Part shown: positions 9,523-19,159 of the stretch, piece after piece
How positions within the stretch are numbered: position 1 is the stretch's first letter
Layout of the letters: every line of letters starts with the position of its first letter
Assembly (NCBI GenBank): GCA_963726335.1
Contig: CAVSCD010000014.1
Span: forward strand, 64,169-128,168
Reading direction: 5' to 3'
Source: Candidatus Aminicenantes bacterium
GTDB taxonomy: Bacteria > Acidobacteriota > Aminicenantia > Aminicenantales > UBA8522
DNA length: 64,000 nt
Program-made: the position numbers and the translations under genes
The notes under the pieces: model-generated
Seen by the model: only the letters and a program-made list of their open reading frames with translations
What the model was told of the DNA's origin: nothing
The model's database searches: none

Positions 9523-10440
9523 ATGACCAAGGATAAATTCCACATTACGCTCTCTCACGGGGCCGGCCAGCGGCTCGATATTTTCCTGGCCGCCCACCTC
9601 AGCGAATTCACCCGGTCCCAGATCCAGAGGCTGGTGGCCGACCAGAAGGTCCGGCTGAACGGGACTTGGACCAAGGCCTCGCACAAGCTCCAGGAGGGCG
9701 ACGTCATCGAGGTCGAGCCGCCGGCGGAAAAAACGAGCTTTCTCCTCCCCGAGGACATCCCCCTCGACATCCTGTACGGCGACGAGCACGTCGTCGTGAT
9801 CAACAAACAAGCGGGCCTCGTCGTTCACCCAGGGGCTGGCGTCGAGACCGGGACGCTCGTCAACGCCCTGCTCCATCGCTTTCCCGGGATCGAGCGGGTG
9901 GGCCATCCCGAACGGCCGGGCATCGTCCATCGGCTGGACAAGGAGACCTCGGGCGTTATGATCGTCGCCCGGAGCGAGCTCGCCTACAACGAGCTCAAGC
10001 GCCAGTTCAAGGCGCGCGAGGTCGAAAAGGTCTACATGGCGCTTGTCTGGGGCCGCCTCCAGGTCGAGGAGGGCCGGATGGACTGGGCGCTCGGCCGTGA
10101 TCCCCGCTTTCGGCAGAAGATCTCGATCCGCAGCCGGCATCCCCGCTCGGCGCTCACCTTCTATTCCGTGAAAAAGGTCCTGGAGGCGTTCACGCTGGTC
10201 GAAGTGAAGCCCGTCACCGGAAGGACGCACCAGATCCGCGTTCACTTCGCCGCCGCCGGCCATCCGATCGTGGGCGACACCCGCTACGGCGGCCAGGATA
10301 AGGCGAAAAGAAGCACGCGCCTCTACCTTCACGCCTGGCACATCGTCTTCTCCCACCCCGCGACCAAGAGCCTCCTCGAGTTCTACGCGCCCGTGCCGCC
10401 GGAGTTCCAGGAGATCATCCGCAGTCCGGCTGTCCCTTGA
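9523..10440 (+). CDS. rluD: RluA-family 23S rRNA pseudouridine synthase (RluD-like, with S4 domain)
   Basis: The product has an N-terminal S4 domain and the catalytic HRLDKETSG motif. The gene begins immediately after the lgt stop. Confidence 0.85.
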   Translation: MTKDKFHITLSHGAGQRLDIFLAAHLSEFTRSQIQRLVADQKVRLNGTWTKASHKLQEGDVIEVEPPAEKTSFLLPEDIPLDILYGDEHVVVINKQAGLVVHPGAGVETGTLVNALLHRFPGIERVGHPERPGIVHRLDKETSGVMIVARSELAYNELKRQFKAREVEKVYMALVWGRLQVEEGRMDWALGRDPRFRQKISIRSRHPRSALTFYSVKKVLEAFTLVEVKPVTGRTHQIRVHFAAAGHPIVGDTRYGGQDKAKRSTRLYLHAWHIVFSHPATKSLLEFYAPVPPEFQEIIRSPAVP

Positions 10441-10544
10441 GCCGGGCGAGCGTTTTGGTGTATTATATCGCCTGCTCTTTGGCGCGCGGTTCGGGCTGCC
10501 AGAGCTGATCACGGACGTTCTACCAATTCCTGGGAGGCTTCGAG

Positions 10545-12638
10545 ATGAAAGATTATACGCCCGACAAGATCCGGAACGTCGCCTTCGTCGGCCACGGCTC
10601 CTCCGGCAAGACATCCCTGACCTCGGCGGTGCTGTTCGATTTCGGCGCGACCCCCCGCCTGACCAAAGTGGACAAGGGCAATACCGTGACGGATTACGAA
10701 CCCGAGGAGATCGAGCGCCAGATCTCCATCAACTCCGCCGTCTGCCTGGTGGAAGCGGACGACCACAAAGTCAACTTGGTGGACACGCCGGGCTACAGCA
10801 ACTTCCTCTCGGACACCCGGGCCGCCCTGCGCGCCGTGGACGGCGCCGCGGTCTTCATCAGCGCCGCCGCCGGCGTCGAAGTGGGGACGGAAAAGGTTTG
10901 GGAGATGCTGAACGAGGGCGGGCTGCCGCGGCTGTTCGTTGTCAACAAGCTTGACCGGGAGAATGCCAGCTTCAGGCGGACGCTCGAGGAGATCCGCCAG
11001 TTCTTCGGCCGGCAGGCTGTTCCGGTCCAGATCCCGATCGGCGAGGAGAAGGATTTCAGCGGCGTCGTCGACCTCGTCCGGCAGAAGGGACTTGTCTTCG
11101 AAAAGGACGAAAGCGGCAAGTTCGCCGAGGTCGAGGTGCCCGCCGGCCTCAAGGCCGAAGCCGAGAAAAAACGGGAAGAGCTTGTCGAGATGATCGCCGA
11201 GAACGACGAGAAGCTGATGGAGAAATATCTCGAAGCCGGCGCCCTCTCTCCGGAGGAGGTCGAAGCCGGGCTCAGAAAGGCGGTGCGCGAACGGCAGCTC
11301 TTCCCGGTCTTCGCCGCCTCGGCCGCCGCCAACATCGGCGCCCAGCCGCTCGTCCGGGGCTTCATCGGGCTCCTGCCCTCGCCGGTCGACAGGGGAGAGA
11401 TCACGGCGAAGGTCAAGGGCGGCGACGGCGCGGTCAAGCCGTCCGCCGACGAGCCGTTCGGCGGGCTGGTGTTCAAGACCCTCTCGGACCCCTACACGGG
11501 CCGCATCTCCCTCATCCGGGTGTTTTCCGGCAAGATCAGCCCCGACAGCCTCGTCACGAACGTCAACAAGGGCGTCGACGAGAAGCTCGGCGGCCTGTTC
11601 TTCCTTCAGGGCAAGGAGCAGGTACCGGCCGGACAGGTCCGCTGCGGCGACATCTGCGCCACGGCCAAGCTGAAGTCGACTTCGACCGGCGACTCGCTTT
11701 CGGGCAAAGGCGCCGATATCCAGTTCGAGCCGATCATGTTCCCCGAGCCGTCGATCTCCTTCGCCATCGAGCCCAAGACCCGGGCCGACGAGGACCGGAT
11801 CTCCCAGGCCTCGCACCGGATCATCGAGGAGGACCCGACCGTCCGCTTCGAGCGCGATCCGGACTCGAACGAGCTCCTCATTTCCGGGAACGGCGAGCTC
11901 CACGTCAGGATCATCACCGACAAGCTCAAAAAGCGCTACAACGTCGACGTCGACCTCAAGCCGCCCAAGATCTCCTACAAGGAAACGATCAAGGGCCGCG
12001 CCGACGTCCAGGGAAGGCACAAGAAGCAGACGGGCGGCCGGGGCCAGTTCGGCGACGTTTGGATCAAGATGGAGCCTCTCTCGCGCGGCAAGGATTTCGA
12101 GTTCGAGGACAAGATCTTTGGCGGGGCCATACCCCGGAACTTCATCCCCTCGGTCGAGAAAGGCCTGATCGATGCCCGGAAAAAGGGTGTCCTGGCCGGC
12201 TACCCTGTCGTCGATTTCAAGGTCATCCTGTACGACGGCTCCTACCATGACGTCGACTCCTCGGACATCGCCTTCAAGATCGCCGCCCGCAAGGCCTTCA
12301 AGCTGGCCATGCAGCAAGCCCGTCCCACAATCCTCGAACCGGTCATGAATGTCGAGGTCTACTCGCCCGAAGCCTACATGGGCGACATCATGGGGAACCT
12401 CAACACGCGGCGGGGCAAGCTCCAGGGCATCGAGCAAAAAGGGAACATGCGGATCATCAAGGCGACCGTGCCGATGGCCGAAATGCTGGATTTCGAGCCC
12501 ACGCTGACCTCGATCACCGGCGGCCGGGGCTCGTTCATGATGGAGTTCTCGTACTACGACGAGGTCCCCTCGCACCTCCAGCAGAAGATCATCGCCGAGG
12601 CCGTCAAGGAAGGCCGGGTCAGGCCGGAAGAAGAATAA
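10545..12638 (+). CDS. fusA: Elongation factor G family GTPase (EF-G paralogue)
   Basis: The 697-aa product has a G-domain (AFVGHGSSGKTSL, DTPG, NKLD) and EF-G domains II to V. No ribosomal str-operon context is present, so it is probably an EF-G2-type paralogue. Confidence 0.85.
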   Translation: MKDYTPDKIRNVAFVGHGSSGKTSLTSAVLFDFGATPRLTKVDKGNTVTDYEPEEIERQISINSAVCLVEADDHKVNLVDTPGYSNFLSDTRAALRAVDGAAVFISAAAGVEVGTEKVWEMLNEGGLPRLFVVNKLDRENASFRRTLEEIRQFFGRQAVPVQIPIGEEKDFSGVVDLVRQKGLVFEKDESGKFAEVEVPAGLKAEAEKKREELVEMIAENDEKLMEKYLEAGALSPEEVEAGLRKAVRERQLFPVFAASAAANIGAQPLVRGFIGLLPSPVDRGEITAKVKGGDGAVKPSADEPFGGLVFKTLSDPYTGRISLIRVFSGKISPDSLVTNVNKGVDEKLGGLFFLQGKEQVPAGQVRCGDICATAKLKSTSTGDSLSGKGADIQFEPIMFPEPSISFAIEPKTRADEDRISQASHRIIEEDPTVRFERDPDSNELLISGNGELHVRIITDKLKKRYNVDVDLKPPKISYKETIKGRADVQGRHKKQTGGRGQFGDVWIKMEPLSRGKDFEFEDKIFGGAIPRNFIPSVEKGLIDARKKGVLAGYPVVDFKVILYDGSYHDVDSSDIAFKIAARKAFKLAMQQARPTILEPVMNVEVYSPEAYMGDIMGNLNTRRGKLQGIEQKGNMRIIKATVPMAEMLDFEPTLTSITGGRGSFMMEFSYYDEVPSHLQQKIIAEAVKEGRVRPEEE

Positions 12639-12675
12639 ACCGGTCAGCCGCGTTTTTTTGCCGACTGGAAGCGAG

Positions 12676-12810
12676 CACCCTCGGCGGGTCCTGTCTCGGT
12701 TCACCCCCCGGCGTCCGAACGGCCCATCTTGCTGTATTCTAGCTGCAGAACTTTCGTCATCAAACGTTCGGTCGGCGGGGGGCCCCCCGAACCGCGCCAC
12801 CCGCCGCAGG
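12676..12810 (-). repeat. Copy 2 of the dispersed intergenic repeat, in inverted orientation relative to copy 1, containing gggggg-cccccc
   Basis: The reverse complement of 12757-12795 reads cggttcggggggccccccgccgaccgaacgtttgatgac, matching copy 1. Its flanks form their own stem (cggcgggt ... acccgccg). Confidence 0.7.
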
Positions 12811-12823
12811 TTGCTCGTTGCAT

Positions 12824-14014
12824 CTAAGGTGCTGATCCTGCCCTTTTTTCCCTCAAGAACAATAAAAGCAGGGCGGCCGCGGCCGTCAGGCCGAGGGACA
12901 GGGCGAATGGCGCCGTGTCGCCGAGCCTCTCCCACAGCCAGCCCGCGCCCAGTGATGCCGGCAGGGCGCAAAACCCGATGATCATCTGAAAACCACCCAG
13001 GGAGCTGGCGCGGTGGTCTGAAGGCGAGAGCTCCGTGACCAACGTCTTCTGAACGGGCTCGAGCGCGGCTTTATGGATCCCGTAAAATACGAAGATCAGG
13101 GGGATCAGCAACCGGTTCGGCCGGGCCATGACGATGAGGCAGACGGCGGCCCAGCACAAGAAGGCGATGAACAGGACCGGTTTGCGGCCGATCCGGTCCG
13201 AGAGCCTGCCGAAGGGGAGCGAAAGAAGGGACGCCGTGGCGGTGAAGACCAGGTAGAGAACCGGGATGACAGCGGTCCGGTAGCCGGCCTGACGGGCATA
13301 GATGAGGAGAAAGGAATAGCTGAAGGCGCCCAGGGCGAACAGGCCGCTCAGAAGGAGAAAAAGCCTGAAGTCCTTGTCGAGATCCCCGAGCGAGAGGCCT
13401 TTGTAGACGGTGGACCGGTCGGGCTTAGCTTCCCTGAGGTGAACAAGGATCAGCCCGACGGCGGCCAGCGAAGGGATCGCGGCCAGGGCGAACAGGAGCC
13501 GATACCCGAGCGTGTCGAGGAGCAGGATGGCGAGAAGAACGCCGCAAACCGCTCCCAGGTTGTCCATGGCGCGGAGCAGGCCGAAATTCCGGCCGCGGTT
13601 CGACGGCCTGGAAACGTCGGCGAGCTCGGCGTCCCGGGGCGGGTTTCGGATCTTGCCCAGCCGGTCGAGGACGCGATAAGGCACAAGGTGGGGCCAGACA
13701 GAAGCCGCGGCGTAGCCCAGCCTCGACAGGGCGCCGCAGAGATAGCCCAACCAGATAAAGATCTTTCTTTTCTTGAGACGGTCGGAGAGGTACCCGGAAC
13801 CGGCCTGCGAGAGCGAGACCAGCGCATCCCCCAGGCCGTCCAGGAAGCCGAGCGCCGCCATGTCGGCTTTGAGCGCTTCGGTGACGAACATCGGCCAGAC
13901 CGGATAGATCATGTCCGAGCCCATGTCGTTGAGGAAGGACGAGGCGGCGAAGACGCGGATGGTTTTTTTGGCCTCGCTCACAGGTTTTTCCGCGTCAGGT
14001 GCTGTCGGCGTCAT
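12824..14014 (-). CDS. MFS transporter
   Basis: The 396-aa product has about 12 hydrophobic segments and MFS-like loop motifs. Confidence 0.8.
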   Translation of the reverse strand: MTPTAPDAEKPVSEAKKTIRVFAASSFLNDMGSDMIYPVWPMFVTEALKADMAALGFLDGLGDALVSLSQAGSGYLSDRLKKRKIFIWLGYLCGALSRLGYAAASVWPHLVPYRVLDRLGKIRNPPRDAELADVSRPSNRGRNFGLLRAMDNLGAVCGVLLAILLLDTLGYRLLFALAAIPSLAAVGLILVHLREAKPDRSTVYKGLSLGDLDKDFRLFLLLSGLFALGAFSYSFLLIYARQAGYRTAVIPVLYLVFTATASLLSLPFGRLSDRIGRKPVLFIAFLCWAAVCLIVMARPNRLLIPLIFVFYGIHKAALEPVQKTLVTELSPSDHRASSLGGFQMIIGFCALPASLGAGWLWERLGDTAPFALSLGLTAAAALLLLFLREKRAGSAP

Positions 14015-14087
14015 CGTTTATTTCTATGAGGTCTTGTCCGCGGTGTCAAGCCGAACCGGATATTGCGGCTGGGGCTCTCGACGAGGG

Positions 14088-14200
14088 CCTGGCTGGATTC
14101 ACCCCGGCGCGAACGGCTGATCTTGGCTGCCTGATCAATAAGTCCGCGCATCAAGCTTCGGTTGCAAACCGCGCTAACCACACTTTTCGTCACAGAGCCA
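14088..14200 (-). repeat. Copy 3 (degenerate) of the dispersed intergenic repeat; it lacks the G6C6 core
   Basis: The segment ggattcaccccggcgcgaacggctgatcttggctgcctgatcaa...catcaagcttcggttgcaaaccgcg aligns with copy 2 (cggttcaccccccggcgtccgaacggcccatcttgctg...catcaaacgttcggtcgg). Confidence 0.5.
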
Positions 14201-14273
14201 ACGCGCAGGTTTGACGGGTTCGGGCCGAGGGGGCTATCATGAACTTCCTGGATTTTCGTGACGGGAGGACGGC

Positions 14274-15554
14274 ATGGACAAAGTGTCTCGCGGAAGAAGT
14301 CCGGTCGCTTGGTTCTTATGCCTGACTCTGGTCTTGCCGCTTTTGGCGCGCGGACAGGACGAGGAGGACAAAACCCTCCGGCTGCCGATCGGCGATGCCA
14401 GGCTCAAAGACAGGACCATGAACGTCGCGGCCGGCGAGATCCTGGCGGCCCGCACCGGAAAGCCGGCGGCCTTTTCCCGGATGATCAAAGAGCTGGCCGG
14501 ATATCGTTTTGTGTATGTCGGGGAGAGCCATGACAGCCTGGCGATGCACGACATCCAGCTCCAGGTCATCCAGGCGCTCCACGCGAAGTCGCCGGACATC
14601 GCCGTGGGGCTGGAGATGCTGCCCCTCGAAACCCAGCCGGTCCTCGACCGCTGGAGCCAGGGGCTTCTCAGCCGGGATGAGTTCCTGCGCGAGTCGCGCT
14701 GGTATGTCCATTGGAGCATGAATTTCGGCTATTACGAAAAGATCTTCGAATTCGCGAAGGCCAACAGGATCCCGCTCTATGCGCTCAACGCCCCGCGCGA
14801 AGTCATCGCCAAGGTCAGGGCGGGCGGCCGGGACAGCCTCACGGAGGCCGAAAAAGAGGTGGTCCCGCCCCTCGACCTCGGGCTCGAGGACCATCGGGCC
14901 CTGATGCGCGCGATCTTCGGTGAAAGCGATATCCCCCACGAGATGAAGGGCGGGGAGGCGGCGTTCGACAAGATGTTCGAGGGGCTTTATCGCGCCCAGG
15001 TCGCCTGGGACGAGGTCATGGCGGCGAACGCGATCCGCGGCGCCGAAGCCTCGAAGTCACGGCTGGTCGTATTGGCGGGATCCGGGCACATGATCTACGG
15101 CCTGGGGATCAACCGCCGGGTGCATGATCGTAACCGCCTGCCCTTCGGGACCGTCGTGGCCGTGACCGCCGGACCCGCCGGAGAAGCGGCCGTCGTCGCC
15201 CGGAGCCTGGCGGATTTCGTCTATGGGGTCCCCGAAGAGAAGCGGCCGGCTTTCCCGGCCGTCGGGCTGGCCCTCAAAAAGTTCGAAGGCTTGAATAATC
15301 CGGTCATCGAGCGCCGGCCGATCGACGGCGTCGCCGTGGGACAGGATTTTGAGAAGGGCGACGTCATTCTGTCTGTCGATGGCCGGGAATTCCCGGATAT
15401 CAACGCGCTGCGGATGTATCTCGCGGGGTTCAAATGGGGCGAGGCCTGCCGCTTCCGCCTGCTGCGCGGCGCCGCGGTGAAAGACGTCGACCTCAAGTTC
15501 AGGGAAGCCCCGGCCGCGACCCCGGAAATGCCTCCGGCCAAAGGAGGACAGTGA
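14274..15554 (+). CDS. Secreted ChaN/Tiki-like (Cofac_haem_bdg) domain protein with C-terminal PDZ domain
   Basis: The product has a signal peptide, a GESH...H motif (FVYVGESHDSLAMHDIQ) typical of the ChaN/Tiki superfamily, and a C-terminal PDZ-like segment (GDVILSVDGREF). Confidence 0.6.
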   Translation: MDKVSRGRSPVAWFLCLTLVLPLLARGQDEEDKTLRLPIGDARLKDRTMNVAAGEILAARTGKPAAFSRMIKELAGYRFVYVGESHDSLAMHDIQLQVIQALHAKSPDIAVGLEMLPLETQPVLDRWSQGLLSRDEFLRESRWYVHWSMNFGYYEKIFEFAKANRIPLYALNAPREVIAKVRAGGRDSLTEAEKEVVPPLDLGLEDHRALMRAIFGESDIPHEMKGGEAAFDKMFEGLYRAQVAWDEVMAANAIRGAEASKSRLVVLAGSGHMIYGLGINRRVHDRNRLPFGTVVAVTAGPAGEAAVVARSLADFVYGVPEEKRPAFPAVGLALKKFEGLNNPVIERRPIDGVAVGQDFEKGDVILSVDGREFPDINALRMYLAGFKWGEACRFRLLRGAAVKDVDLKFREAPAATPEMPPAKGGQ

Positions 15555-17269
15555 TGAGCGTCACGCGGCCGGCCGCCGCCGTCCTCGTCTTCGGCCTGAG
15601 CTTTGGGACCATCGGCGCCACGGCGCTGCCGCCGGCCGGCGACCTGGTCAAGACGCCCGCCGAAGAGGCGGGTTACACGCGCTATAGCCAGAACGAGGAC
15701 ATCGCCCGGTTCCTGAGCGCGCTCGATTTTTCCTCGCCGCAGGTGGTCGTGGGCGCCTTTGGCAAGACGCTGGCCGTTGAGGGTTTTCTGTCGCGCGACA
15801 TCTTCCTGGCGATCGTCAACGAAGAGGGGGCCGGCTCGGTGGAGCGGCTGAATCGGGCCAAGCCCACGATTCTCGTCTTCGCCTCTCAGCATGGAAACGA
15901 GCAGTCTGGCAAGGAAGCGGCGCTCCGGCTGGCCAGGGACCTGGCCGTGGGCGAGCTCCGACCGCTCCTCAAGAGCCTCAATTTCCTGATCATGCCGCAA
16001 ACCAATCCCTACGGCAACTGGTTCGACCGGCGGGAGAACGAGCAGGGGCTCGACCTCAACCGGGACCACGTCAAGCTCGAGTCTCCCGAGGCCCGGGCCA
16101 TCCACCGCGTCTTCCGGTACTGGATGCCCGAGGTGACCCTGGACCTCCACGAGAAGGGCGACGACTACTACCGGGTCTCGCTCGGCTGCGTCTCGAACGT
16201 CAACATCGCCGCGCCGATCCAGGAGCTCGAGAGGTCGGTGATCCTCGCCGACGTCGAGAAGAGCCTGGCCAAGAGCCGGGTGACCTTCCACGAATACCTC
16301 GTCACGGAGGAGATGGGCGTCAACACCGCGGCCGGCGCGAACCTCCGGCCGGAGGAGCGCGCCGGCCGCGAGGAGATGACCCGCTACAGCACGACCGACC
16401 TTAACGACGGCCGGAACAGCCTGGGCATCTACGAAACTCTTTCGTTCATCCAGGAGTGCGCCTCCCGCCAAGACCTGGCCACGCTCGAAGACAGGTCTCG
16501 CTGGCAGTACCTCGGAGCGCGTTTCTTATGCGAGGCGGTGGCTCGGCGCTCGGCCGAGGTCCTGGCTCTCGTCCGGAACCGCCGGGCGGCGCTTCTGGAG
16601 GATGCGAAGGCCGGCCGGGGAGGCGAGACGGTCCTGAGGATGGATTTTGTGCGCGACGAGAAACAACCGGTGCTGACTGTCCGCCGGTTCGAGGGGACGG
16701 AGAGCCCGGTGCGCGGGATCCTGAAGGTGGACAAGAAAGCCGGCGATCCGGTCCTGGCTTCGGATCTCGCGCCGGCCCCCGCGCCGCGGGAATACCAGGT
16801 CATAACGGATGTCATCAAGAACTGGTTCCCCGGTGTCGCCCCGAGATTGGCCGTGCCGAGCCCCCGAGGCTATCTCATCCCGGCGGCCCGCGGCAAGGTG
16901 GTCGACTGTCTGCTCGCTCACGGCATCGAGGTCGGCCTGCTGGCCGGCGATCTCAACCTGAATGTCGAGACGTATCTCGCGCTCGAAGTCACGCCGGCCG
17001 GGCACGATTATCTGCCGCCGCTCAAGATCGAAGTGAAAAAGGAAGCGCGATCGATCCTGGCGAAAAAGGGAGATTATTTTGTATCCTGCTGGCAGCCGGC
17101 CGCCGGCCTTATTCCGTGCCTGCTCGAGCCCCAGAGCGATTACGGCCTGATCCGCTACCGGTCGTTTGGCCTCCTCCCGGAAGCGGGGAGCTATTACGTC
17201 GTCAGCCGGATCGTCGAGCCGGCGAAGCTTTCCGTCATTCCCTACCGCCCCTGGGGAACCGCTCTTTAG
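15554..17269 (+). CDS. Secreted M14-family zinc carboxypeptidase
   Basis: The start overlaps the upstream stop as TGATG, and an AAGGAGGA RBS sits upstream. The product has a signal peptide and the M14 motifs HGNEQSG...NPYG...LDLHE. Confidence 0.75.
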   Translation: MSVTRPAAAVLVFGLSFGTIGATALPPAGDLVKTPAEEAGYTRYSQNEDIARFLSALDFSSPQVVVGAFGKTLAVEGFLSRDIFLAIVNEEGAGSVERLNRAKPTILVFASQHGNEQSGKEAALRLARDLAVGELRPLLKSLNFLIMPQTNPYGNWFDRRENEQGLDLNRDHVKLESPEARAIHRVFRYWMPEVTLDLHEKGDDYYRVSLGCVSNVNIAAPIQELERSVILADVEKSLAKSRVTFHEYLVTEEMGVNTAAGANLRPEERAGREEMTRYSTTDLNDGRNSLGIYETLSFIQECASRQDLATLEDRSRWQYLGARFLCEAVARRSAEVLALVRNRRAALLEDAKAGRGGETVLRMDFVRDEKQPVLTVRRFEGTESPVRGILKVDKKAGDPVLASDLAPAPAPREYQVITDVIKNWFPGVAPRLAVPSPRGYLIPAARGKVVDCLLAHGIEVGLLAGDLNLNVETYLALEVTPAGHDYLPPLKIEVKKEARSILAKKGDYFVSCWQPAAGLIPCLLEPQSDYGLIRYRSFGLLPEAGSYYVVSRIVEPAKLSVIPYRPWGTAL

Positions 17270-17356
17270 GGCCCCCTCCAGCCAACCTCCTCACTCACGG
17301 GGAGGCGGACTTAAAGAAATGGGGATTGGCCCAAAGAGGGCCTGTCCCCGGATCTT

Positions 17357-18049
17357 TTATATCCGCAGGTGAATGCCCAGCCGGTCGCCCAGGGCGAAAT
17401 TGACCGCGATCCGGAGCATCTGCGGCAGGGACAGGGGAGTGGTCCCCACTTCGACCTTTCCCGCCTTGACGGCGGCGATGATTGAGGGGATATCTTTTTC
17501 CGCATCGACGAGCGAATAGGTGAATCCAACCTGCCAGATGTTGTGGCAATCCGATGACCCGACGAGCGGCTTTCCCGAGGCTCTGGCGGCGTCGACGGCC
17601 CGCTGGTTCGGGTCGATCAGGCGGCTGTAAAAAAACGAGAACTCGACGGCGTCGAACAGGCTGATGTTTTCGGCGAGCTTCGACCACAGGCACTTGAGCC
17701 CTGGGTAGTAGGGATGGGGAGCGATGACGAGACTCGTTTCGCTGCGGACAGCCGGGAGCTCGTCGAGTGAGGTCAGGCCCGGGTTCTGGGCGAACGGCGG
17801 ATTGATCACGACGACATGCTTTCCGGAGAGGGTCAGCTCGACGCCGGGGACGAGCAGGACGTTGCGGGCCGCCGCGTAGTCCGCGAGCCCCGGCCGGTCC
17901 GTGACGATGTTGTGGTTGGTGATGGCGATCGCGTCATAGCCCAGCCCGGCGGCCCGGTCGATCAGCTGCTCCGAACTGAAATCGATGTAGTCCTCCGGGT
18001 CGTCCGCGGTGTGCGTATGAAAGTCGACCTTGAGCTTTTTACGTGTCAC
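17357..18049 (-). CDS. PHP-domain phosphoesterase
   Basis: The product carries the VDFHTHT motif and a histidine pattern typical of the polymerase/histidinol-phosphatase fold. Confidence 0.75.
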   Translation of the reverse strand: MTRKKLKVDFHTHTADDPEDYIDFSSEQLIDRAAGLGYDAIAITNHNIVTDRPGLADYAAARNVLLVPGVELTLSGKHVVVINPPFAQNPGLTSLDELPAVRSETSLVIAPHPYYPGLKCLWSKLAENISLFDAVEFSFFYSRLIDPNQRAVDAARASGKPLVGSSDCHNIWQVGFTYSLVDAEKDIPSIIAAVKAGKVEVGTTPLSLPQMLRIAVNFALGDRLGIHLRI

Positions 18050-18112
18050 GGGGAGAGTGATCGTTTTCTTAAATTAACTCAGACGAACCGGAACTCTTAA
18101 GGGCCACGACCC

Positions 18113-18247
18113 GGCGGAGTCGGATGGGGATGAGCCCCGAAGACCCCCGTAGCGGAGGGGGGCCCGTCGGCTCTGCCGATGGGGGAACCGACGGGACTGG
18201 TTCCCGGGGGCCGGGGGGAAAGGGGCTCATCCCCATCCGACTCCGCC
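18113..18247. repeat. 135-bp element bounded by 26-bp perfect inverted repeats (GGCGGAGTCGGATGGGGATGAGCCCC), with additional nested stems in the 83-nt interior
   Basis: Read directly from the sequence. The left arm is 18113-18138 and the right arm 18222-18247. The interior pairs cccgtcgg with ccgacggg. The right arm ends 15 nt downstream of the sucD stop codon. Confidence 0.7.
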
Positions 18248-18261
18248 CATTGTTGGCCGCC

Positions 18262-19137
18262 TCAGCCCTTGCCGAGGGCTTCCTTGACCTTGCGGCCGAT
18301 GTCGGCCGGGCTCTTGGCTACGTGCACTCCCGCGTCCTCGAGCGCCTGCATCTTTTCCTTGGCCGTTCCCTTGCCGCCGGCGATGATGGCGCCGGCGTGG
18401 CCCATCCGCCGCCCGGGCGGGGCGGTCTGGCCGGCGATGAAGCTCACGACGGGCTTGGTGAATTCCTTCTTGATGTAGGCCGCGGCCTCTTCCTCGGCCG
18501 TGCCGCCGATCTCGCCGATCAGGATGACCGCCTCGGTATCCTTGTCCTTCTTGAAGAGCTTGAGGAGATCGATGTATTTCAGCCCGACGATCGGGTCGCC
18601 GCCGATGCCGACGGCCGACGACTGGCCGAACCCGACCTTGCTCACCTGCTGGACGGCCTCGTAGGTCAGCGTCCCGGAGCGGCTGATGATGCCGATCGAG
18701 CCGGGCGTGTGGATGTGGCCGGGCATGATCCCGATCTTGCACTTGCCGGGCGAGATGATGCCCGGGGTGTTCGGGCCGATGAGCGAGACGGGCCGGGTCC
18801 GCAGAAACGTCTTGGCCTTGATCATGTCGAAGGTCGGGATGCCCTCGGTGATACAGACGACCACGGCCAGGCCGGCCGCGGCCCCTTCCATGATCGCGTC
18901 GGCCGCCGCGAACGGCGGCACGAAGATGGCCGAGGCGTTGGCGCCGGTCTGAGCGACCGCGTCGGCGACGGTGTTGAAGACGGGGACGCCGAGGTGGGTG
19001 GTCCCGCCCTTGCCGGGCGTCACGCCGGCGACGACGTTGGTCCCATATTCGATCATCCGCTGCGTATGGAATGTCCCTTCACCGCCCGTGATGCCCTGGA
19101 CGACGACCCGCGTTCTCTTGTCGATGAGGATGCTCAT
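18262..19137 (-). CDS. sucD: Succinyl-CoA ligase, alpha subunit
   Basis: The 291-aa product shows strong SucD similarity, including the catalytic His region ([14 protein letters not shown]). Confidence 0.95.
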   Translation of the reverse strand: MSILIDKRTRVVVQGITGGEGTFHTQRMIEYGTNVVAGVTPGKGGTTHLGVPVFNTVADAVAQTGANASAIFVPPFAAADAIMEGAAAGLAVVVCITEGIPTFDMIKAKTFLRTRPVSLIGPNTPGIISPGKCKIGIMPGHIHTPGSIGIISRSGTLTYEAVQQVSKVGFGQSSAVGIGGDPIVGLKYIDLLKLFKKDKDTEAVILIGEIGGTAEEEAAAYIKKEFTKPVVSFIAGQTAPPGRRMGHAGAIIAGGKGTAKEKMQALEDAGVHVAKSPADIGRKVKEALGKG

Positions 19138-19159
19138 GGTCTTCTCCTGTCCACTCCGC

